Source of the DNA: Octopus sinensis
Taxonomy: Eukaryota
NCBI RefSeq assembly: GCF_006345805.1
Contig: NC_043000.1
Location: 132,556,001 to 132,620,000, forward strand
Direction: 5' to 3'
DNA: 64,000 bases
Shown: piece by piece, positions 40,061 through 53,081 of the stretch
How the letters are laid out: every line of letters begins with the position of its first letter
Numbering within the stretch: position 1 is the first letter of the stretch
Notes under the pieces: model-generated
Databases searched by the model: none
What the model was told of the DNA's origin: nothing
The model's input: the letters and a program-made list of their open reading frames with translations, nothing else
Translations under genes and position numbers: made by a program

Positions 40061-40210
40061 ATATATTTATGAATACATCTACATTTTGGGTTTTACACTA
40101 CGCTTAACTTTTACTGAAATCTCTGAGTAATCCTTTTTGATCTTTGGAGTGCAAACTTCGTATGTGTGTGTATGCGTGTGTATGTGTGTGTGTGTATGTG
40201 TGTGTCTGTA

Positions 40211-40243
<33 letters not shown>

Positions 40244-40294
40244 GTGTTTGTGTGTATACATGTGTATATATATACGTTTCTATATATGCACGTA

Positions 40295-40352
40295 TCTCTC
40301 TCTCTCTATCTTTCTCTCTCTCCCTCTCTCTCTCTGTATCTATCTATCTGTC

Positions 40353-40399
<47 letters not shown>

Positions 40400-40431
40400 A
40401 TATATATCTTATCGCATCTTATTATCTATCT

Positions 40432-40502
<71 letters not shown>

Positions 40503-40578
40503 ATCTATCTATCTATCTATCTATCATCCATCCATCCATCCATCCCTCCATCTATCTATCTATCTATCTATCTATCTC

Positions 40579-40609
<31 letters not shown>

Positions 40610-40615
40610 GTCTGT
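40295..40615. repeat. (CT)n/(TCTA)n microsatellite
   Basis: Visible tandem repeats. Confidence 0.95.
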
Positions 40616-40859
40616 CTCACATATACATACACGCATATACATACACGCACACACACACACACACACATATAATCAGTCAGTAGGTCATAAATCCGAGAAG
40701 AAGCGCACTTTAAACATTTAGAACAATACTTATTTTGCCGTATAAATCACGGGTAAACTACTTGTTACCCCGGCCCATATATAATACCTAATTGTGTGAT
40801 TCCCATGCAATAACTAGCACTCGGATATAAATAATTGGGTATACTATTACCAGCAGTAT

Positions 40860-41520
40860 ATTGGATAGGTACTATCCCTTAGTTGCCCATCCCACTCCCA
40901 TCGACCCTATCCTTCCCCATCCCACCCCACTCCATCCCTTACACCCCCTCCAACATACCCCACCTCTAACCCTCCTCCGTCTACCCACATACCCCCACCT
41001 CTACACCCACCCTCCGCCTATCACATGCCACACCTTTACCCCCACCCTCTGCCTAACCCATACCCCACCCTTGTTTTCTCGACTCTCGCCTCCCCACCTC
41101 CCAACACCATCACGCCACACCACACACCACTACACATTACACCATCATACCACACAACACCTCACCACGCATACCACTTCCCAGACCCACATTTTCACAC
41201 CTACACAAACACGCACGCACACGTCAAGATCTCCATCCCTCTTCCACGCACGCGCACCCTCGTTTTGGGATCACCACTACTTTATTATTTCCCCTTCTCC
41301 CTAGCTCTCCTGTGTGACCCTTTTGTCCGGCATTTGCCATGATAGATCGCTAGCCACTATACATTCTTTATTTTCTCCCCTTGTTTCTTTCTGTGTTCCT
41401 TTCTGTGGAAGAGCGTAGGCTCGAAACGTTAAAGAGTTTTTCACTTCCCGAGCGTTATACTAATACATCTGTTTGTTGTTTACACCACCTGTCTTGGTTT
41501 TTTTTTTGTGAATTCTCCCT
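40860..41520 (+). mobile_element. F1 element with long C/A-rich upstream region (probable PLE 3' end)
   Basis: Same layout as the reverse complement of 1730-2040 and 3480-3780: C/A-rich low-complexity tract, then gccatg...tag, then the HHR-like motif. Confidence 0.6.
41399..41434 (+). ncRNA. Minimal type I hammerhead-like motif, CUGUGGA core variant (F1)
   Basis: CTTT-CTGTGGA-A-GAGC-GTAG-GCTC-GAAA-CGT-T-AAAG. Confidence 0.5.
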
Positions 41521-41835
41521 ATATATATATATATATATATATGTATATTCTAATTAGTGCCGGGAGTCTTAGTGTTTTTTGTTAGCTCTTCTGTGCGAAA
41601 CCGATTGTTAAAATCGGTTGAAATGGGTCTATAGTACGGTATTGTATATAAATTGATATATATTTCTTTCCTGAAATTGAATCACGGTGTACATATAAAG
41701 CTATTAATAACGTAAGAATGAGGTAGAAAAATCCCTTTGGATAAGTCGAAGGCCGCCTGTTGGGCTCGAATCCACATTTCCTATATACATGACAGTCGTT
41801 CTACTTAATATTTACAGGCTACTATTAATAGCTTT

Positions 41836-42057
41836 AAGGTGGCGAGCTGACATAATCGTTAAGCACGCCGGGCGAAATGCTCAGCGGCATTTCATTCGTC
41901 CTTACGTTCTGAGTTGAAAATTCCGCCGAGGTCTGCTTTGCTTTTCATCCTTTCGGATTGAATAAAATATGTACCAGCTGAGAACTGGGGTCGATGAAAT
42001 CGATTTACCCCATCCTCAAAATTGCTGGCTTTGTGGCAAAATTTGAAATTATTATTA
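41836..42057 (+). mobile_element. SINE family A, diverged monomer
   Basis: aaggtggcgagctgacataatcgttaagcacgccgggcg...ttctgagttgaaaattccgccgagg...aaatttgaaattattatt. Confidence 0.8.
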
Positions 42058-42059
42058 TC

Positions 42060-42419
42060 TTTATATGTACATCGAGATCCAATCTCAAAAAGAATTGTGG
42101 TGTTATGGGCTGTGATGAGCTATGTGGTGTTGGTGGAGAGGATTGCTGATGAGGTAGACGGAAGTGAAGACTGCAGGGGCCGGCAGAACAGCCACGGGGC
42201 ATGCGTGGGCCGGAAGCATGTGCGGGAAGTTCGATAAGAGACAGCAGCGTGCAAGGACGTGTTTACTGCTTGAGAGTGATCGCTCATTCCGCCTAGGTCA
42301 ACAGGTAAGGTCTCTGTATTTCTTTCTCCCGTTTACTTCTTTTTCTGTTGTCTTTTTCTTCCATCACACTACAAGAATTATTCCACGTTCTCAACAATAT
42401 GCAATTCTCGCTGGTAAGA
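42060..42419 (+). other. Putative 5' exon / 71-bp intron / 38-bp exon
   Basis: GC-rich segment ending CAG|GTAAGG (42305), a polypyrimidine tract with AG at 42374-42375, then CTG|GTAAGA (42414). Confidence 0.35.
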
Positions 42420-45400
42420 ATAAAGTTACTAAAATGGATAGAGAATTTCGAGGGATCGCTTTGGAAGCATGGTCGAATGCCCATCGGATGCATTCGACGT
42501 TTTCCTATCCATAACTGCTTTCACCCCCTCCCCCAATATTTACATGTTATTATTAATATCTTTATACGTGCAGCTGGCCCTGTGGTAATATTTGAAACCA
42601 ATATCTTTATATGTGCATCAAGATCCATTTTTAGAAAAGAATTATGCGCTCTCTCAAATGTTTAAATTCTTATGACATCAATGATATATATGTGTGTAGG
42701 TGGAGTGGCGCATTAAGTAAACACACAATCGTAATTTTTTCTTTTCTTTTTTTTTTCTTTTAATCTTTTTACGATTCTCTGGAAAAATAGAAAAGGTTGT
42801 GAAATTACATTTTTTTCCCTTTCTGTGCAGCTCCTGTCCTATCTGTTTTGAAATAAGCAGCCAACCGTAATTATCTTAATTTTTCAGATTCTTCCACAAA
42901 TATTTTTCCGAATTATATGTTTAAACATAGGAGATTACATCTCTGAAAGAATCACATTCGTTTATGTTTAAACATCATGTTAGGGATTAAGGTTACGGTT
43001 TAGTGTTTAGAGTTTGGGTTATGGCTTAAATAGAGAAGGACAACTTGAAAAATAGATGAATTTCTGAACTATTTCGCAAAAATCGAAACCTCTAAAATTT
43101 AAGACAAAGAAATTTCAAGAAATTTTCTAAAAGAATTTGCTCACGCAGATTTTGTGTATGTAGGCAAGGTGTTTACATCTGACTCTATATTCAGTGTTGG
43201 CTAAAAACTATACACTTAACACATTAGTAATTTATTAATAAAACTATTCATAAAGAATGCGTTAAATATACACATTGGTTAATCCATTTTACTTGAGTCT
43301 TTAGTAACTGTGAGTATATAAGTAGAATTTCTATGGAGGAGCAAAAAGGCTACTCAATCCTGAATGAAATCCCAATACAGAATTTTAACTAGTTCGGATG
43401 GAACTTCTATTTTTATGAACGAAGATATTGTATAAACAAACAAGGTGTTTACATCTCTTTTATCTATGCATACGTACAATATCTAATTGTTTATAAATAA
43501 AGTCAATAGAACGGCTAAAATCTAAAGATCTATTCTGTAGTGTCATGTGGGATTGAAACGAAACACTGTTAATGCACAAATAATTGATAAAACATGTATG
43601 TATTTAAAACATTATGTTTATAAATCGTAGTTTACGGTTGAAATCACTCTGTTGAAATATTAACATCCATTTCCATTTGATATTTAATCTTCAATCAACT
43701 GAACCCCTGCGAAAAGCCAAAGTCCAGGACGCAAATTCTGAACCAGCATTTGTTTAGGATTTAACTAGGTTTTTATTACTTTCAAAATAACATCTTTATT
43801 ATAATAATTATTTGATTTTTAAAGAAATGTGAAGTGATCTTGCTTCTTTTGAAGTCAGCCATTACGTTCCAATCTTATCGTCTTGATTTTATATATTTAT
43901 CATTTTTTTTCGACCTGTTTTCTTGCTGTCAAATAAAGCCATACATACTTAAATAAAAATGATAAAGAATGTAATAATAAAGAAAATATAAATGAATTAT
44001 TGATTTTTTTCTTTTTTTTTTCTTGAAAATTTACTTTGATATTCATCTCATCTCATGCTCCGTTGACTTAATCAATAATCAATTTTATATATTAATTCAA
44101 ACAACGACCTTTGCCACCATCACCAAGAAATTCTTCTTCACCATTTCTAAGATTTAAAGTGTTCATTAACATGTTTAATGAGTTCTTGTAGTGTGTCACA
44201 AAGGCACTGAGATTTCATGCCTTTCTCTTTTTCTCTGCTCCATACTTTCTCTTGCCTTTATACATACATATATACACAAATATATTTATACACATACATT
44301 ACCTCTGCATTTATATATGCATATATGCATAGGTGTTATAGCAAATATATATTTCACATTTAGAAAACGTGTGTGCGCGTGTGTGTTTATGTGTTGATAC
44401 CTAAATATGATGATAACTGGTTATTATGCCTGAATATTATCCACACATAATAGGATTCCAATCGATATAATACTATCTAATAGCTTCAGCATTATATATG
44501 TTGTATATCAATATTGTTGCTTGAATACAATGACTCATCGATCAATATAAATAGATATCATTACTTGACAATTAACAGGAAGCTGGATCCAAGAAAAGCG
44601 AAATTAACAGAGAAAGAATGAATGGGAGAGGGGGGAGAACGAGTAAGAGAAAGAGAAAGAGAGAGGGGGAGAATGAGTAAGAGAGAGAAAGAGAGAGAGA
44701 GAAAGAGAGAGAGAGATAGGGAGGGAGAGAGAGAGACGACGTTATTTCAGATAAGAAATGATGTAAAGGGGAGAAGAAAGAATTTAAAGTACGAGTGGCA
44801 AAGAGAAGAAGAATGTTATAAAGACAGACAGAGATGAGAGAGGCGAGAGCAAGAGACATAGAGAGAGAGAGGGGGAGAGAGAGGGAGAGGAAGAAGGAGA
44901 TGGAGAAATATTGAATTTGAAAGCAATAAACATGAAATGGGAAAGAGAATAGGAGAGTAACAGAAGTAGAAAAGTGAGTGAGAATTGGTGTGATGTGCTA
45001 AAGACTCAAGGATGAGAAAATGTGTGTGTGTGTGTTGTTGTAAGAGAGCGAGGATGAGGGAGGGCAAAAGAGAGCGAGAGAGAGAGAGAAAAAGAGAGGG
45101 AGAGGTGGACAGGGCGGTGAGATGAGTCGTGCAAAGTGTTACAGGAAGTAGTAATAGAAAATTGAAAGAAACGAAGGGCAAAACATTTTGTTTTCTTCGT
45201 CACCTTTTCTTTAAAAAAAAATTCCTTTAGAACAAAAATATTCCTTTTTAAACTCTTCAAAGGAAATCTTCTACATCAACGATAATTATGACAATACACG
45301 ATAAAATATGTATCAGATCTGCTTAAAAGAAATTATTTGAGAGCAAAATATAACGGCAGAAAGCTTGTTTGTTATAAGCGGGAAAGATGAAATTATTATA

Positions 45401-46040
45401 CAAAGGTCGCTCAGGTGCAAGTCGTGTAATTAATATATTCTATGGTTATAAATAAGATTATCTTGGAAGGTTTCAAGAATAGGGAAAAGCAGTGATAACG
45501 AGATATATCATTTAAATTGCCTTTCTCTATTGTGCAACGTTTGACATGAAATGATTGGAAAGAGAAATCAATCTTCGCCTATTTAAAACGACCAACCTTG
45601 AAAAACCTGGATTGTTATGGGCCATAAATGTCCTTGAGAGGACTTTAAAATTAACGAAGTGCGTACAAGATAATGCTACGGTGTGGAAATGGAGTAATCA
45701 GAAGAATCGTGTATATCTCATTTTGCTTTCCTGAGAGAATCAGTTTTTCTTATCTGCGCATGCGTGTTCAAACTAACTCTCCTAATAATCATGCCTCTAG
45801 ATTCCTGTCAAGGCGATAGTTATTTCACTATTTATCACTAATAATCTAAGTGACCGTGCTTGTTTTCTTCTTCCACTTTCCTCAACATAGAAACTCTACA
45901 ACTTGGAAAGCATCTTTTGATGGTTTTCAGCTCAAGAAATTCACACAAATAAAACAAAAATAGAAAATGAAATAATTAACCCTAAATTCTCATAAAATTT
46001 GTCTACTATTATATCTTCTCCCCACCTCATCATCATCAAT

Positions 46041-46143
<103 letters not shown>

Positions 46144-47689
46144 CCTTTCTATTCTAGGCACAAGATCCGAAATTTTGGGGGGAGGGGCCAATCGATTAGA
46201 TCGACCTCAGTACGCAACTTAATTTATTAATATATTATATATATATATATATATATACTCTGTGTGTGTTTAAAAATTCAACCATAATTCTACAGGTTCT
46301 TGGCCTTCTATTGCCTAATGTATTCTTTTCTGGGTCCCTCGATGCATTTCTTCCATTTTTTAAAAATTATTGTCACCGTTGTTATTGCTCGTGGTGATAG
46401 AATTTATAGTGATATCGTTGGCGGTGATATTGGTGTTGATATTGTCGTTGCTGCTATAGCTAACATCTTTACCATTACTAATACTGCCGCTGGTGTTGGG
46501 CTTAATCACTGTGGTAGTGATTTAGTGGCATCATACTGAAACCATTTTTATTTTAACGATAATTTTTGCAGTTATAAAATCGAATACGGGACGCATCATG
46601 CTGTTTCGTGCTGTTTGCGAAGCGATTTTCTGAACTAAAATACCATTGTAAGCGGGAACCAGTAAGTACATAATGAGCCTGTTAGTGATTGTAATCTCCG
46701 TGGAAAATGAAGTTAGCTAAGTCTTATAAAAAACGCTAGAGAAATAATACTTTGCAGACAATTAACTTTTAACTTCTGTGGTTAGCTTCTCTTCTTCCTT
46801 ATCCAGATGTCGAATTGACAGCTACAATAAGTAGTGAAACAAAACTAAACATTTACGAGACATTCAAAGATTAAAAAAATGAACAAAATCAACAGCAAAA
46901 ATGCGGTAACAATAACAACTAACAAAATAATAATTGAGAGATTAAAAGAAAACAATGGCGAATATCTGAGATAATAGATGTTTTTTTGTTTTAGCCATGT
47001 TTGTTTTTTATTAAAAAAAAACAAACTAGTGTCTTCTCTAGCTTCTCATACTCATGGATCCCTGCTAACATAAATGCCAGGTCTTTTTAATCATTATATT
47101 CACACACAATTATATGTCTGTATACATATATACACATATACACGCTTATAAACATACACACACATATTTATACTTATCTACATGTATACTCATAAACGCT
47201 TATAGATACTTAAACATATATAAACTTTATCCTTGTGTTCAGAGACAGACATTTACACACACATATATATAGACGTTCAAAAAGCATAAGGCGGAAACCC
47301 GAGTCAGTCAGGGAACATCAACACGGTTGCAGAATCTTCAAGAAATAGCAGCCACTCTTCTTTGGACAATACTCTACTGCCTTAAAAGAGGAAGATCGGC
47401 GAAGAATGTACACACCGCTAAGAAAATCGGAAAAAAAACCCAATATTTTTCAAACGAACTCTCTTATGATATTTGTTCTGCACCAAGTTACAAAGACTCA
47501 CTTATCATTCTCATAGAAATGTAGTTAAGCACTGATTGATCCATTGAATACTAATTTCGATATAAAATAAGTATATTCAAATACTGCTCAATTAACGGTG
47601 GGAACCTTATTAAAGTTGGAAATAGGATACGGACCTGCAAATCTTGAATACAGTTTTTGCGCACAAGACTGTCCTATACACACATGAAC

Positions 47690-47900
47690 CAATAAGGGAA
47701 AGTTTAGGTGATACTTGGCCTGCTAAAACAACCCTCAGCTCTCCTTGAAAGCAACCATAGCATCTTGAAAATGGATGTAATTATTAGATAATGTAGTCTT
47801 AGATACTTCAACAAAGATGGTATGGTCACGGCAGTAATGCCTTTGATTATTTGTGTGCTTGCTCAGAACAGACATCGGGATGAACAACAATAACAACCGC
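47690..47900 (+). repeat. Old dispersed repeat family (gctagaaatagcagccaaatct...accgtctt type)
   Basis: Decayed similar segments also at ~10900-10990(-), 16860-16940(-), 23720-23880, 27000-27200, 33800-33990, 37240-37310(-), 47320-47390 and 49150-49350(-). Confidence 0.5.
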
Positions 47901-49362
47901 TTTAGGCAATAAGAGAGCTCGAGCTAATGAGCGTTTCCCTACATGGTTACTCGACCCGCTAGAAATAGCAACGAATTCGATCTGCATTTACTATCTACCC
48001 CTTTAAAATGGAAGCACACATTAGATAACATAGCCCTTGGTGCCTGAAGGATTGGAGGTCATAGCAAGAATTTTCTTCGAGCACAAGTCTGCTCCACCTA
48101 GGACTAAACAACATTATTTTTCCCCCTCGAATGCTCAGCAAAGAATTTATGTTGGTTATAGTACAAGTGTTCACTAACAAATACATTGAATCAGAGGCTA
48201 TTTTACAAACTAATTAGTTAATTACACACTTGTATAAACATACAAAAATATATGTGCGTTTATACATGTATTTAATTATCTAATTACTTCCTTAACTAAC
48301 CTGAAATAGAGCCATGTGGAGTCAACATAACAAGATTATAATCAATTCGTATGACAGTTTGTGAATGTAGTTCAACACCCGCTGCGGTGGGAAAAGACCA
48401 ACAAGAATATAATAAATGAATAAAGTTATGTCTCACAGATTCAATTACAAATTAACATTTCAGAAACCAAAATAAAATTTAAAACAAATGCTATGTTAAC
48501 AATTAGTTAATTACTGTGAAATTTGTATTTCATCTGAGAAAGTGTGATAGTTAACAGACTTGATAGTTTTAGATTTTTTTCAAAGGAAGATGTTGGAGAC
48601 TTCTGTCTAAATCGTTCACTCATGGCTGTATGCCTCGCGTATCTCTCTGAATCTCAATGTGAAATCTCTCAACGTTTTTCTAAAATAAATCTCGAAAATT
48701 TATAGTGCGTCCTAGAAGATTGAAAGGTTATATTTTTCATACGAAAGAAAAAAAAATGCAAACCTTTATCTTGATAAGTCACCAACAAAACATCTTGGTG
48801 AAGTCTGTGGGAATGGTGAGATCTTGCTTTTATGGTTATTTTTAAAAATCTCAACTCCAAATTGAAGTTCGTCTTCGACATCGAAGCATCTTCAATGTCT
48901 AGAAATATGGTAGTTATACATTGACTATTGCATTGTTCCCAATTTGGGGTTTTGACTCCCAATTAAAACCAGGTCACTTCATTCGGGCTGTGAACACACT
49001 TCGAAAAGATTTAAACTTCACATTTGCCTATGTCACCCTACACAATCCTTGAATATTGATATACTTTTATTATTTCACAGGCCTTAAGCCAATAGACTGC
49101 GTGCGGTCATACTGCATTTATTTTACGAACGATATATAAGTAGATGTTAGTTTAACTGCGGACCAGCCCTGTTTGATCAGACCTATGATCAAAAGCCTTC
49201 CAGCCGTGACCCTCACGATTCTTTTCCAGACATATTGTTTCAGAGACACATTATATTTTTAAAGTGCTCTTTTATTATTAAGACAGTTGTCTGCGTTCTG
49301 AGGGACGTTTGACTGCTATCGTGCGATCATGTAGAGTTTCCTTCTTAGCTCGTATTGGTTAT

Positions 49363-49763
49363 ATACTCTCTCTTTTACTTGTTTCAGTCATTTGACTGCA
49401 GCCATGCTGGAGCACCGCCTTAAGTCGAGCAAATCGACCCCGGGACTTATTCTTTGTAAGCCCAGTACTTATTCTATCAGTCTCTTTTGCCGAACCGCTA
49501 ATGACGGAGACGTAAACACACCAGCATCGGTTGTCAAGCAATGCTCGGGGGACAAACACAGACACACACACAGACACACACACACACTTATATATATACA
49601 TATATATGACAGGCTTCTTTCAGTTTCCAAATCCACTCACAAGGCATTGGTCGGCCCGGGGCTATAGCAGAAGACACTTGCCCAAGGTGCCACGCAGTGG
49701 GACTGAACCCGGAACCATGTGGTTGGTTAGCAAGCTACTTACCACACAGCCACTCCTGCGCCT
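49363..49763 (-). mobile_element. SINE family C, full length, with short internal (CA)/(TA)
   Basis: Colinear with 20417-20905. Confidence 0.88.
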
Positions 49764-50490
49764 ATAGTCACACGTACACATTTTCCATAGACCTCCTAGA
49801 CTTCTGGCAGTGAACATACGTTACATTGGGTATCCACTACAATATATCATTTCTATGATAAAAACGCGCACAAAGTTTCTTCTTATCGCGTAAATATCAA
49901 GATATTAAGCTTGCAACTCTGACCCCAAAATATCCCACGGGGTATTTCAAACGAATGAAAAATGAAATAATAATAAACGCGCTGTTGGAATAATTCGTAA
50001 GTATGGAAAGCATAGATATTAATACATCCATTTCAAACTTTGGCTATCATAAAAGTTGTATATGTAAAAAGAATAATACATATCGTAATAGAATTACAAA
50101 ACTGCTTATAAAATGAAAATATACCTTGCTAAAACGCAGAAATATCTATATAATTTAAACTTCGAATTGTTGCTCGATAACATGCTAATGTAGAATGTTG
50201 GAAATTTATATCAGTTATACTATCATTTTTTTTTCTTTCCTTTACATTCTAAAATAAATTAAATTATGATATCTAGCTGAGAAACTAATGAAAGAGTGGG
50301 AAATAATATGAAAAAAAGTTACTCTTAGACTTACCTGAATAACAGTGGAAGATTGTAAAAATTGATTTCTTATGTAAGCACACAATCGCAGATTTGTGAG
50401 AGGAAATAAATAAAAACTGGAAATGTCTTTCTCAGGGATGTTAACCAGCTGAAACAAATTACAGAATACTAATACGTTTCATAATATACG

Positions 50491-51035
50491 AATATTCTTT
50501 TCTACTCTAGGCACAAAACCCGAAATTTTGGGGGAGTGGAGACAGTCGATTGAATCGACACCAGTACGCAACTGGTACTCAACTTATCGATCCCGAAAGG
50601 ATGAAAGGCAAAGTCGACCTCGGCGGAATTTGAAATCAGAACGTAAAGACAGACGAAATACATATTTCTTTACTATCCACAAGGGGCTAAACACAGAGAG
50701 GACAAACAAGGACAGACAAATGGACTAAGTATATCATATCGATCCCAATGCGTAACTAGTACGTATTTAATCGACCCCGAAAGGATAAAAGGCAAGGTCG
50801 ACCTCAGAACGTAGCGGCAGACGAAATACCTATTTCTTTACTACCCATAAGTGGCTAAACACAGAGGAGACAAACAAGGACAGACAAACGGATTAAGTCG
50901 ATTAATCGACCCCGAGAGAATGAAAAGCAAAGTCGACCTCGGCGGAATTTGAACTCTGAACGTAACGGCAGACGAAATACCGCTAAGCATTTCGCCCGGC
51001 ATGCTAGTGTTTCTGCCAGCTAACGTTTCAGCCTT
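50491..51035 (-). mobile_element. SINE family A trimer with internal deletions
   Basis: Three gtcgacctc(ggcggaatttga..)cagaacg units between the tail (50491) and the head (~51020). Confidence 0.85.
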
Positions 51036-51949
51036 AATATTAGACAATATAACAACCCCGTTGTCTTGCTGCCTTTTAACTATATACCGCTATCTTTTAA
51101 CTTTGTCTAGTTTACTCCCTTCTGAGTATTTCTTATCATTTATTTTCATCAAAGCTACATGGCCAAGAGGTTTGGATGTAGCACTCACGATCGCAAGAAC
51201 GTGGTTTCGATTCACAAACCAGGCGGTGCGTTGTATACTTAAGTAAAATACTTAATTTCAGGCCGCACCAGTCCGTTCAGCTGTAAATAAGTAGCCCTAC
51301 AATAGACTAGCGTCCCATTCAGGGGAAATGCTCTGAATTAAGTCACTTATACACCAAGGAAATCGGATAACCGGTCCTACGAGTCCTAGGTGCCGAGACA
51401 ATGATATCTAGAATGTACAAGCTTCGTAACCTCGTGATTTGTCAGCCTCTATCTGGAAATTACTTCACTATATCGATAAAATATATAAGATTCCTCAGTT
51501 TTCAGGATTCTAGGGCACAGAAATGTGCTAGAAGTTATTTTAGGCAGAATAACATAAGGTGAAATATTTTTGCGAGAAACTAGGTTGGCTTTGCTTATTA
51601 CAAGGTACGCACAAACAAATGAATTTTTAATTTTAATCTATAATATAAATTGGACATGGGTGATCGTTGTATTCTTTCTTGTCTTGGGGTTCATAGCCAA
51701 ATGGCTAGGTGGATTCGCGTGAAAAATGGCATACATGTGGAAACGGGTGCATACATTGGAATGCGGTTTGTATTTTTTCCCTCGAATTATACAAATGCAT
51801 GTTTGTATATATTTATAGACCTATACGTGTGTGGATAACAGATGTTTGGGATAAACAGAGATAATGCAGGCAGGCCACAGTTTCGTTCATTAAATAGTTC
51901 GGTCCACTGTACAAGCTAAGTGCCTTGTTCCAACCAGCAAAGGGTCTCT

Positions 51950-52168
51950 ACGTTGTCACTCATGCTGAATGTAAAATGGAATGCTCCTACACTCCTATAG
52001 AGAAGCATCTTCACTCGATGGGAAAGGTTCAGATGTATGGAACATGTGTTCCGCATGCTTTGAGTGACAACAACAAAATCAACGAGCCACAATCTTCGCT
52101 GGTTTGCTTGCTCATCACCGCTCAACTCATGGACACAAGCAGCGATTTCGCATCGAAGACCGGTGATT
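51950..52168 (+). pseudogene. Mariner transposase fragment of a second family
   Basis: EKHLHSMGKVQMYGTCVPHALSDNNK (~WVPHxL motif), ending at TGD. Confidence 0.7.
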
Positions 52169-52169
52169 G

Positions 52170-52216
52170 ACGTGCGCTGACGACGGGTAAATATTCAGAA
52201 ACCCGGGTCCGTGCGT
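52170..52216 (+). ncRNA. Type I hammerhead ribozyme, canonical core (diverged F3 copy)
   Basis: ACGTGCG-CTGACGA-CGGGTAAATATTCA-GAAA-CCCGGGT-C-CGTGCGT: 7-bp stem I, perfect palindrome ACCCGGGT, GUC site, weak stem II. Confidence 0.7.
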
Positions 52217-52390
52217 ATCACGTCAGGTCGACGATGGGAAGGATGGCTTCCCTTTGCAAATACTGATAGGGCACAGAAAGTGTGTCAATAGCCAGCTAGA
52301 GAAGATGTTCTCCTGGGGCTACAAGCTACAGTAACATCCACTCTTAGTGGTTAGCCACATTTAAGTGGCAAATATACTTCACATTGTCGT
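52170..52390 (+). mobile_element. Diverged copy of HHR-bearing repeat F3
   Basis: gggcacagaaagtgtgtcaatagccagctagagaagatgttctcctgggg resembles ggacacagattgtgtgtcgtatagccagctggagactatgtctcctggg (55695-55743); a further partial copy lies at 52964-53025. Confidence 0.65.
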
Positions 52391-52439
52391 GCAGTTACTG
52401 TTTATACCTCGTTCAGAGATTTATCATTGTTTATATAAG

Positions 52440-52470
<31 letters not shown>

Positions 52471-52665
52471 GGGTTAGGCAGCAGTAAGCAAATGTGTACG
52501 AACAAAGAAAACTATAAACCTCATTAAACATAAGTGAGAGTGTTAGAAGAACCTACATTGCTAGAAATAAGAGCTAAACGTTCTAATGCTACAATCAAAA
52601 CACAAAATTGTATACATACACGCTGACAGGGACCGTAATCGACCGAAAAGCAGCGTTCGAGATAT

Positions 52666-52716
52666 TCCTATACTGATCGGTCAGTTCCGGCTTTTGTCGT
52701 AGCCTCTTCTGTGGGA
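52666..52716 (-). ncRNA. Degenerate type I hammerhead relic
   Basis: TCCCA-CAGAAGA-GGCT-ACGACAAA-AGCC-GGAA-CTGA-CCGA-TCAGT-A-TAGGA: stems II and III are perfect, with two core substitutions. Confidence 0.5.
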
Positions 52717-52850
52717 TCGGTCCGACTCGGCTGTTCCTGGACGATAATCACTCTCAGCATATATGTCTATGCCAAAGAAATCTATGGATGATTTAACGAA
52801 TCGCTAATGTGTATACAAATAATTGATTTAGGCAGCAGTAAGTGTGTACC

Positions 52851-52916
<66 letters not shown>

Positions 52917-52928
52917 CTATATATATAT

Positions 52929-52964
<36 letters not shown>

Positions 52965-53032
52965 AGCTACAGTAGCATTCACCCTTAGTGGTTAGCCACA
53001 TTTAAGTGCGAATATACTTCACATATATATAA

Positions 53033-53081
<49 letters not shown>

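Noticed and set aside
39199-40721. Many long overlapping ORFs (up to 259 aa) on both strands
   Set aside because: They are pure translations of (TATG)n, (TG)n and (TCTA)n microsatellites. The same applies to the ORFs at 19007-19521, 34965-35870, 37666-38198 and 54254-54852.
46340-46520. Thr/Asn/Ser-rich minus-strand frame
   Set aside because: Low-complexity decayed trinucleotide sequence ending in stops, without convincing splice sites.
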